Shown in pieces: positions 1-8,892 of a stretch of DNA of 64,000 nucleotides (positions within the stretch are counted from its first letter, which is position 1; the number at the start of each line of letters is the position of its first letter). The notes beneath the pieces are model-generated. The model had not been told where the DNA came from. It did no database searches and saw nothing but the letters and a program-made list of their open reading frames with translations. This DNA is from Halioglobus sp. (GTDB lineage Bacteria > Pseudomonadota > Gammaproteobacteria > Pseudomonadales > Halieaceae). The DNA is taken from the NCBI GenBank assembly GCA_028825045.1, contig JAPKAY010000011.1:17161-81160 (forward strand), read 5' to 3'. Position numbers and translations under genes: made by a program.

Positions 1-190
1 TTCTCTCGCGCAAGAAGCGTTCTTCACGCTCGACGTTACGCATCCGCTGCTGCTGCTGCTTCTCCCGCACGGACTGGAGCAACTGATCAAGATTGGTTAT
101 CTGCTGATCCGGCTGCCCGTCAGCTTGCACTAAAGCCCAGCCGGGCAACAGCAAAGTCATCGCCAACAAACCCGCCCACAAAGACCTCAC
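1..190 (-). CDS. 5' part of MotA/TolQ/ExbB-family TonB-system protein (runs off the left edge)
   Basis: Not in the ORF track. GTG at 190 overlaps the DUF3450 stop and translates as MRSLWAGLLAMTLLLPGWALVQADGQPDQQITNLDQLLQSVREKQQQQRMRNVEREERFLRER: signal peptide plus the coiled-coil N-terminus typical of the long ExbB that follows DUF3450. Confidence 0.7.
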   Translation of the reverse strand, partial: MRSLWAGLLAMTLLLPGWALVQADGQPDQQITNLDQLLQSVREKQQQQRMRNVEREERFLRER

Positions 191-966
191 GATGGCTCCC
201 CCGGTGACCGCATAGGCAATTGCAGCAATCGCGGAGCAATTTGATTCCTGGCCACCCGCAATGCCTGAGTAAGCGCCCGATTATGCTCAGGGTTCAGCTC
301 CATCCATTCACTTTGCGCGCCATTCCAGTAACCACTGGTTGCACCATCGAGTGATTGAAAATAGAGCGCCACTCTACCCACCCGTAGGTATTCCACCGAC
401 ACATCTTCACCGTTTCGTTGCAATGTTCCGCGCCAGGCTTCTATCTTATTTCCATAGTCCTGTTCCAGTTGATACGCCTCCAGTACCAACCTGAATTTTA
501 CGGCCACAGAGAGGTCTGTCTGGTTGAGACGCCGCCTCAAATTGAGCACTCCGTTGATGCGCGCCTCCTGTTGGAATGGCAGGTCAAGTGCAACAAATTT
601 CTCCAATGCATCGACCATGCTGCGCATAAGCGGAACAATGCGCTGCCGGGTGATGGCGGCTTCAGCTATCTGGTGTTGCAGGTCTTCAATCTGCGACTGT
701 TGCGCCTTCTCTAACTCCTCCAACTCCCGGGTATAGGCCTCCTGATATTCAGCGCCGTCCTGAAGCCGACGGTATTCCTCCAGAAGCGTTCTGGTTTCGC
801 GAGAAAGACCGTCAATTTTTTCCTGCGAGGCAGCTGCGCTGCGATGCGTACCGCCAATCACTTCGAGGCTTTCGGTGACCTCAGCGGCAAGAATACTTGT
901 ATGACATGCCAGCAGTGCAGGGACGAGGAGCATGTACCAAAAAGAGCTAAAAAACGGCCGATTCAT
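187..966 (-). CDS. DUF3450 family periplasmic protein (TonB-system associated)
   Basis: Signal peptide, coiled coil, then LPF..ER, EY.RVGRVALYF.SLDG and A.R.ARNQ.AP.LL.LP motifs. Likely start is the ATG at 966 (MNRPFF); the ORF track extends to 1032. Confidence 0.85.
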   Translation of the reverse strand: MNRPFFSSFWYMLLVPALLACHTSILAAEVTESLEVIGGTHRSAAASQEKIDGLSRETRTLLEEYRRLQDGAEYQEAYTRELEELEKAQQSQIEDLQHQIAEAAITRQRIVPLMRSMVDALEKFVALDLPFQQEARINGVLNLRRRLNQTDLSVAVKFRLVLEAYQLEQDYGNKIEAWRGTLQRNGEDVSVEYLRVGRVALYFQSLDGATSGYWNGAQSEWMELNPEHNRALTQALRVARNQIAPRLLQLPMRSPGEPS

Positions 967-1120
967 TATTTCCACTCGTCTTCTTACGTTATCAAACAGG
1001 TTAAAAATAAAATGCCAAAAAAAAACGGCCACCGGAACTCCTTATTGGCCGTTTGTTCACATCTGCCCTCAGCGCAGAAACACAGCATAATGCGCCGTGC
1101 TGCCGGAGTTTTTTACTCCA

Positions 1121-3517
1121 TCAGTCGACTTTCGCAGGCTCAGCAGGCTTGATCAGGAACACTGCCAGTGCTGGCATAAGAATCAGTGCACCAATCATGT
1201 TCCAGAGGAACATAAAGGTGAGCAGTATGCCCATGTCGGCCTGAAACTTGATCGGAGAGAGTGACCAGGTAACCACACCCGCTGCCAAAGTTACACCAAT
1301 CAACGCCACCACTCGCCCTGTGAAGTTCAAGGTTTCGTAGTATGCCGTGGTTAGATCTTTTCCTTCTCTTGTTTTCGCGAGGATAACCGTCAACACATAG
1401 AGTGCATAGTCGACACCTATACCCACGCCGAGTGCGATCACCGGTAGCGTTGCCACCTTCACGCCAATGCCTAACCACACCATGAGGGCCTCGCACAGTA
1501 TCGAAGTCAGCATCAGCGGCAACACAGCACAAATCACGCCCGGGATAGAACGGAAGGTTAACAGGCATAGTAGGATGACGGCGCCATAGACGTAGTACAG
1601 CATTTCGCGGTTGGCTTTTTCCACTACTATATTAGTCGCTGCCTCAAAACCGGCACTGCCTGCCGCGCCCAAAAATTCGATATCCGCACTGGGCCAGTCA
1701 TCATTAAATTGCTCCAGCGTGTCCACCACGCGACTGAGCGTCTCTGCTTTGTGATCCGACAGATAAATCGGCATCGCCCAGATAGAACACCCGGGGTCTA
1801 CATAATCCAGGTTTGCTAATTCGGTGACCGAATAGTTGATAGTGTCCTGATTGCGAAATAGCGCCTCCCACTTGGGGAAGCCCTCGTTGAGGCCCATCAT
1901 CAGATCACGGGTCCGAATACTGAGGCCGCTTACATCCTCAACGCCTTCCAACTGCCGCAGCCGCCACTCCAACTCGCCTGCCAGGCTCATCCCCTCGTAG
2001 TCGATACAACCGTTTTCTTCTGTCTTCACAATGACGGCAAATACGTCGGTGCTCACCGAGTAATTGTCGATCATAAAGGCGACATCCTGGTTGTACCTTG
2101 AGTCGGCGCGCAATTCCGGCGCGCCTGGGTCCAGGTCACCGATCTTAAGATCGCGCGCCACATAGAGGCCACCGATCGCCATCAAAACACTGAGCACAAT
2201 GGCAATCGATGCAGGTCCTTTTTTGGTGAAAGAAAGCAGAAACCGCCAGAGAATGTGCATTTCGGTCGGGCTCTTTGGCGCGTGGCTCGCACGCTCTGCA
2301 CAGACCTTACCGACACCGGTGTAGGACAGCGCCACTGGAATCAGAATCAGGTTGGTGAAGATGAGCACAAACACGCCAATGCTCGCGGTAATCGCCAGAT
2401 CCTGAATCACCTGAATCTGGATTATCATCAACACGGCAAATCCAACACCGTCAGACAGTAGTGCCGTCACCCCCGCCAAAAACAATCGACGGAACGTATA
2501 ACGCGCCGCAACGTATCGATGCGTACCACGCCCAATATCCTGCAGTACGCCATTTAACTTTTGCGCTCCGTGGCTCACGCCAATGGCAAACACTAAAAAC
2601 GGCACGAGAATGGAAAAGGGGTCCAGCTCATAGCCTAACGTTGCCAGGATTCCCATCTGCCAAACCACCGCAATTAGCGTGATCAGGATGACCATTACCG
2701 TCGATCGAATACAGCGCGTGTAAAGGTAAAGCAGAACGGTGGCGATAATTACAGCCACACCAAAGAAGGCCATCACCGCGAATAGCCCATCGATGAGGTC
2801 GCCTATCAGTTTGGCAAAACCAACAATATGAATCGATTTATCCGGATCGTCGGCGGTAAAGCGGTCGCGAACCTCCTCTAGCTTATCGCTCAGATCTGCG
2901 TAGTCTAGCCGCTCTCCCGTTTCCGAGTTGTTGTCCAAAAGCGGCACTACGATCGTCATGGATTTCAGATCATTGGCGACCAAATCACCCAGGATTCCCG
3001 CGCGAACCATATTGAGCTGGATTTCACCGATAGACTTTGGTGAGTTAGGGTCATAATCTCCCGGAATGACCGGCCCCCCTTCAAACCCCTGCTCTGTCAC
3101 CATCCGCCAACGAGTATTGGGCGTAAAAAGCGACTTCATCCCATTGCGGTCGACGCCGGGTATGAAAAATATCTCGTCATTCACTTTCTCAAGAAACTTG
3201 AGATTGTCTGGCGTGAAAATATTGCCTTCTTTAACCGCGACAACAATGCGCAGGTTATTTCCCAGACCCTTCAGTGCATTTTGATTGGCCTGATAGTTGA
3301 GTACATACTCATGGCCCTTGGGCAGGGTTTTCTCAAAACCCGCCTGCAATTGAATTTTGGTAGCCTGATAACCCAGCACAAGGGTAACAAGTGCGCACAA
3401 AATCATGACGATCGCGCGGTGATTGAACACAAGCCGTTCCAGCAAGGAACCGGACTGGTTATCAAATTGTGCGCGATCCGCAATAACGGGCAGATCATAT
3501 TGTGTTCCATGAGCCAT
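1121..3517 (-). CDS. MMPL/RND-family transporter (hydrophobe transporter)
   Basis: About 800 aa with two repeats of 1 TM + periplasmic loop + 5 TM. AIGVSHG and LGVGIGVDY motifs. Likely start ATG 3517. Confidence 0.9.
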   Translation of the reverse strand: MAHGTQYDLPVIADRAQFDNQSGSLLERLVFNHRAIVMILCALVTLVLGYQATKIQLQAGFEKTLPKGHEYVLNYQANQNALKGLGNNLRIVVAVKEGNIFTPDNLKFLEKVNDEIFFIPGVDRNGMKSLFTPNTRWRMVTEQGFEGGPVIPGDYDPNSPKSIGEIQLNMVRAGILGDLVANDLKSMTIVVPLLDNNSETGERLDYADLSDKLEEVRDRFTADDPDKSIHIVGFAKLIGDLIDGLFAVMAFFGVAVIIATVLLYLYTRCIRSTVMVILITLIAVVWQMGILATLGYELDPFSILVPFLVFAIGVSHGAQKLNGVLQDIGRGTHRYVAARYTFRRLFLAGVTALLSDGVGFAVLMIIQIQVIQDLAITASIGVFVLIFTNLILIPVALSYTGVGKVCAERASHAPKSPTEMHILWRFLLSFTKKGPASIAIVLSVLMAIGGLYVARDLKIGDLDPGAPELRADSRYNQDVAFMIDNYSVSTDVFAVIVKTEENGCIDYEGMSLAGELEWRLRQLEGVEDVSGLSIRTRDLMMGLNEGFPKWEALFRNQDTINYSVTELANLDYVDPGCSIWAMPIYLSDHKAETLSRVVDTLEQFNDDWPSADIEFLGAAGSAGFEAATNIVVEKANREMLYYVYGAVILLCLLTFRSIPGVICAVLPLMLTSILCEALMVWLGIGVKVATLPVIALGVGIGVDYALYVLTVILAKTREGKDLTTAYYETLNFTGRVVALIGVTLAAGVVTWSLSPIKFQADMGILLTFMFLWNMIGALILMPALAVFLIKPAEPAKVD

Positions 3518-3536
3518 TACTGATTCTCCGTTGCGG

Positions 3537-4652
3537 TTATTGCGGTAATTTGACTTTGGTAATTCCGCTGGGGCCACCTAATAGCAGGGTGCCCTCGGAG
3601 CCTTCAGAAATAGCGTAGATTCGTCCATCCATGGTATACAGCTGTCCACCACCGGTAATCGGAACCTGGGAAAAACTGGCGCCGTTATCCGTGCTTATCA
3701 AGACCTCACCGCCAATCCCGGCTGCAATCAGCCGTCCATCTGCCAGTCGAGTAGAATCGACTATCGCGCTCGTCAGCGGCTTCTTAACTGCATCCCACGT
3801 TTCTCCAACATCCACAGTACGAAACATCCTACCGCGCAAATCTCCCATAACAACGCTGCCATCAACCGCATCTACAATAGTGAAGAAGCTGCCCTCCCGC
3901 GGAACCGTGGGCACCCTTTTACTAATCCCCCCAGGGATATCGACTTCTAATAACAGCCCCGCCTCACCACTGGCGAGAAACTTGCCTTCCCCAGGCAGTG
4001 GCGCAAAATCGAAAATGTGGAAGAAACCATCGTTGTCGACCGTTTCCAACACCGGGAGCCAATTCTTTCCACCGTCGAGAGTCTCTAAAATCATGCCGTA
4101 GGCGCCCAGCACAAAACCGTGCGTCGACGTAAGGAATTGAACTCTGAACAGGGGTTTGTCTGCGCCCTGTGATATCGCAAACTCCATTTCTTCAATGAGA
4201 AAAGGATAAAGCTCATTGTCTGGCTCTGCGGCGGCCATCTCCTGATAGTATGCGAGCCCTTCTTCGCCATAGCGCAGACCGTCGTATTGCTTGGACCAGG
4301 TTTTACCCGCGTCATCCGAGTGCAGAATTATGCCCTCATGCCCCACTGCCCAACCCAGTTCCGGCGTGGGAAAATGTATATCCAATATGCTGCTACGCAC
4401 TGGCACCTCAGCCTGCACCCAGGTTTCACCGTCATCGTCCGAATAGAGTATGTGGCCGCGATGACCGGTAGCGAAATACCGGTCGCCAAATTTGTTGATG
4501 GAATGTATCAGTGTCTCGGATGCTAAATGGCTGGGAACTGCCGGCAGTTCCAAAACATCGTATTTGAAATCCTTGGCGGCCTCACTGACGACAGATGTCA
4601 GCGCCAGCGCGATCGCCACTGTAAATGGCAGCATTGCAGTTTTTAACTTCAT
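3537..4652 (-). CDS. YCF48/BNR-repeat beta-propeller protein (RND partner)
   Basis: Signal peptide and repeated S-x-D-x-G-x-T-W motifs (SDDDGETW, SDDAGKTW, TLDGGKNW, TVDVGETW, STDNGASF). Lies directly upstream of the RND gene. Start ATG 4652. Confidence 0.88.
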   Translation of the reverse strand: MKLKTAMLPFTVAIALALTSVVSEAAKDFKYDVLELPAVPSHLASETLIHSINKFGDRYFATGHRGHILYSDDDGETWVQAEVPVRSSILDIHFPTPELGWAVGHEGIILHSDDAGKTWSKQYDGLRYGEEGLAYYQEMAAAEPDNELYPFLIEEMEFAISQGADKPLFRVQFLTSTHGFVLGAYGMILETLDGGKNWLPVLETVDNDGFFHIFDFAPLPGEGKFLASGEAGLLLEVDIPGGISKRVPTVPREGSFFTIVDAVDGSVVMGDLRGRMFRTVDVGETWDAVKKPLTSAIVDSTRLADGRLIAAGIGGEVLISTDNGASFSQVPITGGGQLYTMDGRIYAISEGSEGTLLLGGPSGITKVKLPQ

Positions 4653-4993
4653 AACACGACTTCCATTACTTATAACCACAAGAAGAAAGGGTATTCACAC
4701 CGTTTTCCCCCGAAAAAATTTTAGCGCGGTGCCTTAAAGTTAGTCGGGTTAGGCGCTAACTATTGACAATTTGTAATATGAAGAGTGCGCTGGCCGAGGT
4801 GCCAGACAGCAGGAAGAACCGTCACCATCCACTTCCGCGGAGGCGCATGTCAATCCAGCAGGTGTGCAATTCTCGAAAGCTGTAGCTCAATTTCAATTAC
4901 GTTATGGCGCAATCATAGCAGGTGATGGACCAGGAACAACACCTGTTGAGGGCTGATTTGGGGCAGTGTCTGGTGTCTGGCGTCAGACAAATG

Positions 4994-5899
4994 TCAGGCA
5001 ACCACTATGTGGCGCAGCAGCGATCCATACCCAGGAAACACCGGCACGTCATCCAGTGCCTGGCGCGAGCGCAAGTGCCACCGCAACTTGGCTAACTTGT
5101 AGCAGGGCACGCTCGCCATAAAGTGGTGTTCCAAATGATAGTTTACGCCAAGGGGCGCAAAGATCAGACGCTGCCACCAGGGAGCAACCACGGTTCGGGT
5201 GTTCAGGCGGGGATCGGGGTCGAACAAATCTGGCACAGCAGCGTGTTCCGCGACTTGTCGCACTCGAATAATCAGCATAAAGACCGTCATGTAGGCAGTC
5301 GCCCACAGCAAATAGGTCCAGCCAATTCCACAGATAGCCAGAATAAAAAATAGAAATAGTTGGACCAGCAACTGCAGCACAAATGGCCTGGCCGATGCTC
5401 GTTTCTCACTGGACATCACGCCTGAAGCTCCGCGCAGGATATAGGACATCAGCTTAAATCCGGTCTGGCCGGTCAGGTCTCTTATGACTTTACGTTTAAA
5501 ACTCGCGCGCGAAATAGGGTAGGCCTGATAATTTGGCAAATCAGGATCCTCCCGACTACCCGCCTTGCGGTGATGCTCCAGATGACCTTTTGCGTAGGAA
5601 GGTTGATCATTCATGACCGGCAGCGCGCACAACCACTGACCGACAATATCGTTAAGTTTTGCCGTACGGAAAAAATTGCGATGCCCGCAATCGTGCATCA
5701 ATACGGATAAGGCCATCTGCCTGCTCGCGAGCAAGATGACTGCCAGTACTAAGGTCAGGGGGTTGGTCCAGGCTGCCACTGTGGCAAAAATTGCCGCAAT
5801 GAATAACCAGTTTCCCAGCACCAGACTCCCCGCGCGCAGATCGCTTTTGGCCGTAAAAAATACCACGTCCTCACGAGACAAATATTCACTTACTTTCAT
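4994..5899 (-). CDS. Membrane fatty acid desaturase family protein
   Basis: Three His boxes (HDCGH, HLEHH, YHLEHH) with hydrophobic segments between them. Confidence 0.88.
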   Translation of the reverse strand: MKVSEYLSREDVVFFTAKSDLRAGSLVLGNWLFIAAIFATVAAWTNPLTLVLAVILLASRQMALSVLMHDCGHRNFFRTAKLNDIVGQWLCALPVMNDQPSYAKGHLEHHRKAGSREDPDLPNYQAYPISRASFKRKVIRDLTGQTGFKLMSYILRGASGVMSSEKRASARPFVLQLLVQLFLFFILAICGIGWTYLLWATAYMTVFMLIIRVRQVAEHAAVPDLFDPDPRLNTRTVVAPWWQRLIFAPLGVNYHLEHHFMASVPCYKLAKLRWHLRSRQALDDVPVFPGYGSLLRHIVVA

Positions 5900-5976
5900 C
5901 AGAACCCCTTATATGGCCGCTGAGTCCATCATGCTCTGACAGCAGGGTTAAATTCGATACTTAAGCATCCGCCACT

Positions 5977-5991
5977 GGTTATACTATAACC
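5977..5991. promoter_or_regulatory. Perfect palindrome GGTTATA-C-TATAACC, candidate operator of the desaturase
   Basis: 7-bp arms in an AT-rich intergenic region about 80 bp upstream of the desaturase start. Confidence 0.45.
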
Positions 5992-6208
5992 GCAAACCTA
6001 ATACCGTATTTGTAATTATCTTTTTAAGCAATCGAAGGCGCATAACCCTATAGAATGTTGTCGAAAAAGATCGTTGAGACAATATCATCCTGTGAATATC
6101 CATTCCTGGGGACGACAGGCCCCCACTAAAAGGGACTATTCACGTTACTGCCCGGCGACCGTGAGGGACTCCATAGGCGACTTTGAGAAAACTTCTCTGT
6201 TAACCGCG

Positions 6209-7132
6209 TTAACGCAAAAGTTCCGGCGCCAGATTCTCGATTTGGCGCTTGATACCTTCACGCCACTCCATTTTTGTCTCGCCAATCAGTTCATGCATTA
6301 TTTGAGTATCGATACACAAACTACCGAAAGCTTTGGGGTTGTCCTGGAATTTTGGCTCGAACCCCGTTAACTCGCTAATGTAGGCACACCATTCCTCAAT
6401 GCTGACTTTTTGTGATCCGCCGAAATTCGTCGTCGTCACCTCAGTGGTGGCCGCACCCAGCAAGTAGGGTATTTTCTCGATGTAGTCATTGACGTGCAGT
6501 GGGTTGTAGTAATTAGGTTTTTCCGGGTGCAAGTCGATAGGGATGCCCTTCTGCATCATCAGCATGTGAAAGTACATCCAGCCGCCATTGTCGCCGTAAG
6601 GCACACTCAGGCGCGCTATGGTGGTTGGGATTTTATGCTGATGCGCGACGAAGCGACATACAGTTTCGGCTGCTATCTTGGAGATACTGTAAGTGGGGAA
6701 CATAACACGGTGGTTGTCGCCCAGGGGCGCATTCTCCGCGCGCGGTTCCTGACCGACATACTCGTAGACGGCAGTAGAGGAGAAATGGAGGAACGCCTTG
6801 GCACTACGGCAGCGCATCATCAAGTTGCCGACGCCCTCCGCATTGGCGGCGAGGTCGTAATCGAAATCACCGCTTTTCACTACAGCGAAGTTCAACACGT
6901 AGTCGAAGTCATCGGGCAGAGCGTCAAGACTGGCAGCATCGGCAAGATCAGCCTGAACAACTGTGGCACCGAGACTTTCAATTCTCTCTCGATCTTCGGA
7001 CTTGCGAAAACGCGCTAACGCATACACATCAGCTATCTTGGCGAAATGCTCCACCACAGGCAGCGCCACTTGTCCCGTGGGACCAGTGATAAGAATTTTC
7101 ATGTCCTTGAGATCGACCGGTTTTGCAGACAT
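6209..7132 (-). CDS. Extended SDR, NAD-dependent epimerase/dehydratase family
   Basis: TGPTGQVA Rossmann motif, SSTAVY, and YSISK (YxxxK). Confidence 0.85.
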   Translation of the reverse strand: MSAKPVDLKDMKILITGPTGQVALPVVEHFAKIADVYALARFRKSEDRERIESLGATVVQADLADAASLDALPDDFDYVLNFAVVKSGDFDYDLAANAEGVGNLMMRCRSAKAFLHFSSTAVYEYVGQEPRAENAPLGDNHRVMFPTYSISKIAAETVCRFVAHQHKIPTTIARLSVPYGDNGGWMYFHMLMMQKGIPIDLHPEKPNYYNPLHVNDYIEKIPYLLGAATTEVTTTNFGGSQKVSIEEWCAYISELTGFEPKFQDNPKAFGSLCIDTQIMHELIGETKMEWREGIKRQIENLAPELLR

Positions 7133-7166
7133 GAATAAAACTCCTAGTTGTTAGTGGATTGGAAGG

Positions 7167-8234
7167 TCAGGCGCTTGCTCGAGGGTAGCTACAGTAGCCC
7201 TCGGCACCCGGGGAATAGAGGGTTGCCATATCAAAACTGGCCAGTTCCACACCATCACGCCAACGCTCGACAAGGTCTGGATTGGCAATGAAATTGCGGC
7301 CAAACGATACCGCCGTTAATTCGCCCTCAATGACAGCTAATTGCGCTTCATCGAAACCGTAGCTCTCGTTGCCTATCAGACGGTCTCCAAAAAAACGTTG
7401 CCCTAATGCGATATTGTCTACCCGACCCGCAGGAAAACGTATGACGTGAAGATAGGCCAAACCCATAGCCGAGGCGGCTTCGAGCAGGCACTCGAATGTC
7501 TCTTGCGGATCATCATCGTGCATATCGTTGAACGGGTTGTCGGGGCATATGCGCAGACCGACGCGATCGGCGCCGCGGACATCAGACATTGCCTCAAGAA
7601 CTTCCATCGCAAAGCGCATTCTGTTGAGGGCGCTGCCGCCGTAGCGATCCGTGCGCTGGTTACTCCCCGTGGCCAAAAACTGGGCCGGAAGATAACCGCT
7701 GGTGCAGTGTAATTCAACGCCATCGAAACCGGCAGCGTACGCGTTTTCCGTTGCCCTTCTATATTGCTCAATAACCGAAGCGATTTCTCCTAGTGCGAGT
7801 TCTCTAGGCTCCTCTAAACTTTGCATTCCACTCTGATCTGTATACATTCTTCCAGCAGCTTTTACCGCCGAAGGCGCAACCGTTTCACTCCCGGGAGGTT
7901 TGTTGAGTGCACTGGCCACCCGACCCACATGCATGAGTTGAGCAACCATACAACCGCCAGCCTCATGTACTCCTTGAGTGACCAACCGCCACGCGTCAGT
8001 CTGCGCCTCATTGTATATGCCCGGAGTGCGACAGTACCCAAGACCATCTGCGCTGGGCGCAATTCCTTCTGAAACTATCAAGCCCGCACTGGCACGTTGC
8101 CTGTAATAATCTACCATGAGCGCAGTAGGAACCCCATCAACGCCGGCGCGACTGCGAGTCATGGGCGCCATCACAATACGGTTGCGCATCGACAGCGCGC
8201 CTAGTTTCGATGGAGTAAACAGATCCATAGTCAT
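7167..8234 (-). CDS. Old yellow enzyme / alkene reductase (NemA-like, FMN)
   Basis: NRIVMAPMTRSRA, QLMHVGR, AGFDGVELH, SNQRTDRYGGS, FGRNFIANPDLV and C-terminal LY...EGY..YP. Confidence 0.9.
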   Translation of the reverse strand: MTMDLFTPSKLGALSMRNRIVMAPMTRSRAGVDGVPTALMVDYYRQRASAGLIVSEGIAPSADGLGYCRTPGIYNEAQTDAWRLVTQGVHEAGGCMVAQLMHVGRVASALNKPPGSETVAPSAVKAAGRMYTDQSGMQSLEEPRELALGEIASVIEQYRRATENAYAAGFDGVELHCTSGYLPAQFLATGSNQRTDRYGGSALNRMRFAMEVLEAMSDVRGADRVGLRICPDNPFNDMHDDDPQETFECLLEAASAMGLAYLHVIRFPAGRVDNIALGQRFFGDRLIGNESYGFDEAQLAVIEGELTAVSFGRNFIANPDLVERWRDGVELASFDMATLYSPGAEGYCSYPRASA

Positions 8235-8236
8235 TC

Positions 8237-8878
8237 CTAACGCACGCGTATCTTCGGTTCTGGTGCCCCGCGCCGCATGCTTGTGAGAAATTGATCCAGC
8301 GGCGCTGGAGCCGCCACCTCAGGCTCGCTCTGGTCGGCTTGAGTGACCCAGAACTCTTTCCAGCTAGGCCACAACTCGTGGTAGGCGCCCTCATAGGACT
8401 CCCGGTCTGGCCAGCGCATCTTATTGTCCCCTACAGGGGGCTTGTTGATATCTGTGGCATACCAATAACAGGGTAGACGGCGACGAAAGTACCAACGTCC
8501 GTCGCGGCGTTCGTAATTGTCCCAGTAGAGCATTTGCATAATGACCCACTCATTACCACCCTCTTTACAGGGTGTCTCGTGCTCGTTCTTGGAATACACA
8601 ACGCCGTGGGCGTGATCTACATCCCCAAACTCAATGATATGATTTCCTATATGGTGGGACGTGCCAATAAATTGCTGTCGTAGGGTATCGTCTAACCAAC
8701 TTTTAAGATGCCCACGACCGACCTTATCGCGACTCACCCGAATGTCGGACACGAACAGATTTACATGCGCGTCCATATCACGCATGTCCAGAGACAGTGA
8801 GTATTTGGCTACTAGCTGACGGATTTCATCCAGGGATTCCAGTCGATCAATACGCGCAAGCAAAGTCTGATCACTCAT
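8237..8878 (-). CDS. SnoaL_4/NTF2-like protein (BaiE/LinA-like dehydratase fold)
   Basis: RLESLDEIRQLVAKY(26)..LD(31), then SH(75)HIGNHII and YWDNYERRDGRWYFRRR. Confidence 0.8.
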   Translation of the reverse strand: MSDQTLLARIDRLESLDEIRQLVAKYSLSLDMRDMDAHVNLFVSDIRVSRDKVGRGHLKSWLDDTLRQQFIGTSHHIGNHIIEFGDVDHAHGVVYSKNEHETPCKEGGNEWVIMQMLYWDNYERRDGRWYFRRRLPCYWYATDINKPPVGDNKMRWPDRESYEGAYHELWPSWKEFWVTQADQSEPEVAAPAPLDQFLTSMRRGAPEPKIRVR

Positions 8879-8892
8879 AAACTGTCATCCTC

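Noticed and set aside
47-60. (TGC)n microsatellite
   Set aside because: It simply encodes a QQQQ run in the ExbB-like protein and is too short for phase variation.
4879-4892. GCTGTAGCTCAATT resembling a tRNA 5' end/D-arm
   Set aside because: No T-arm (GTTCGA), acceptor stem or cloverleaf follows.
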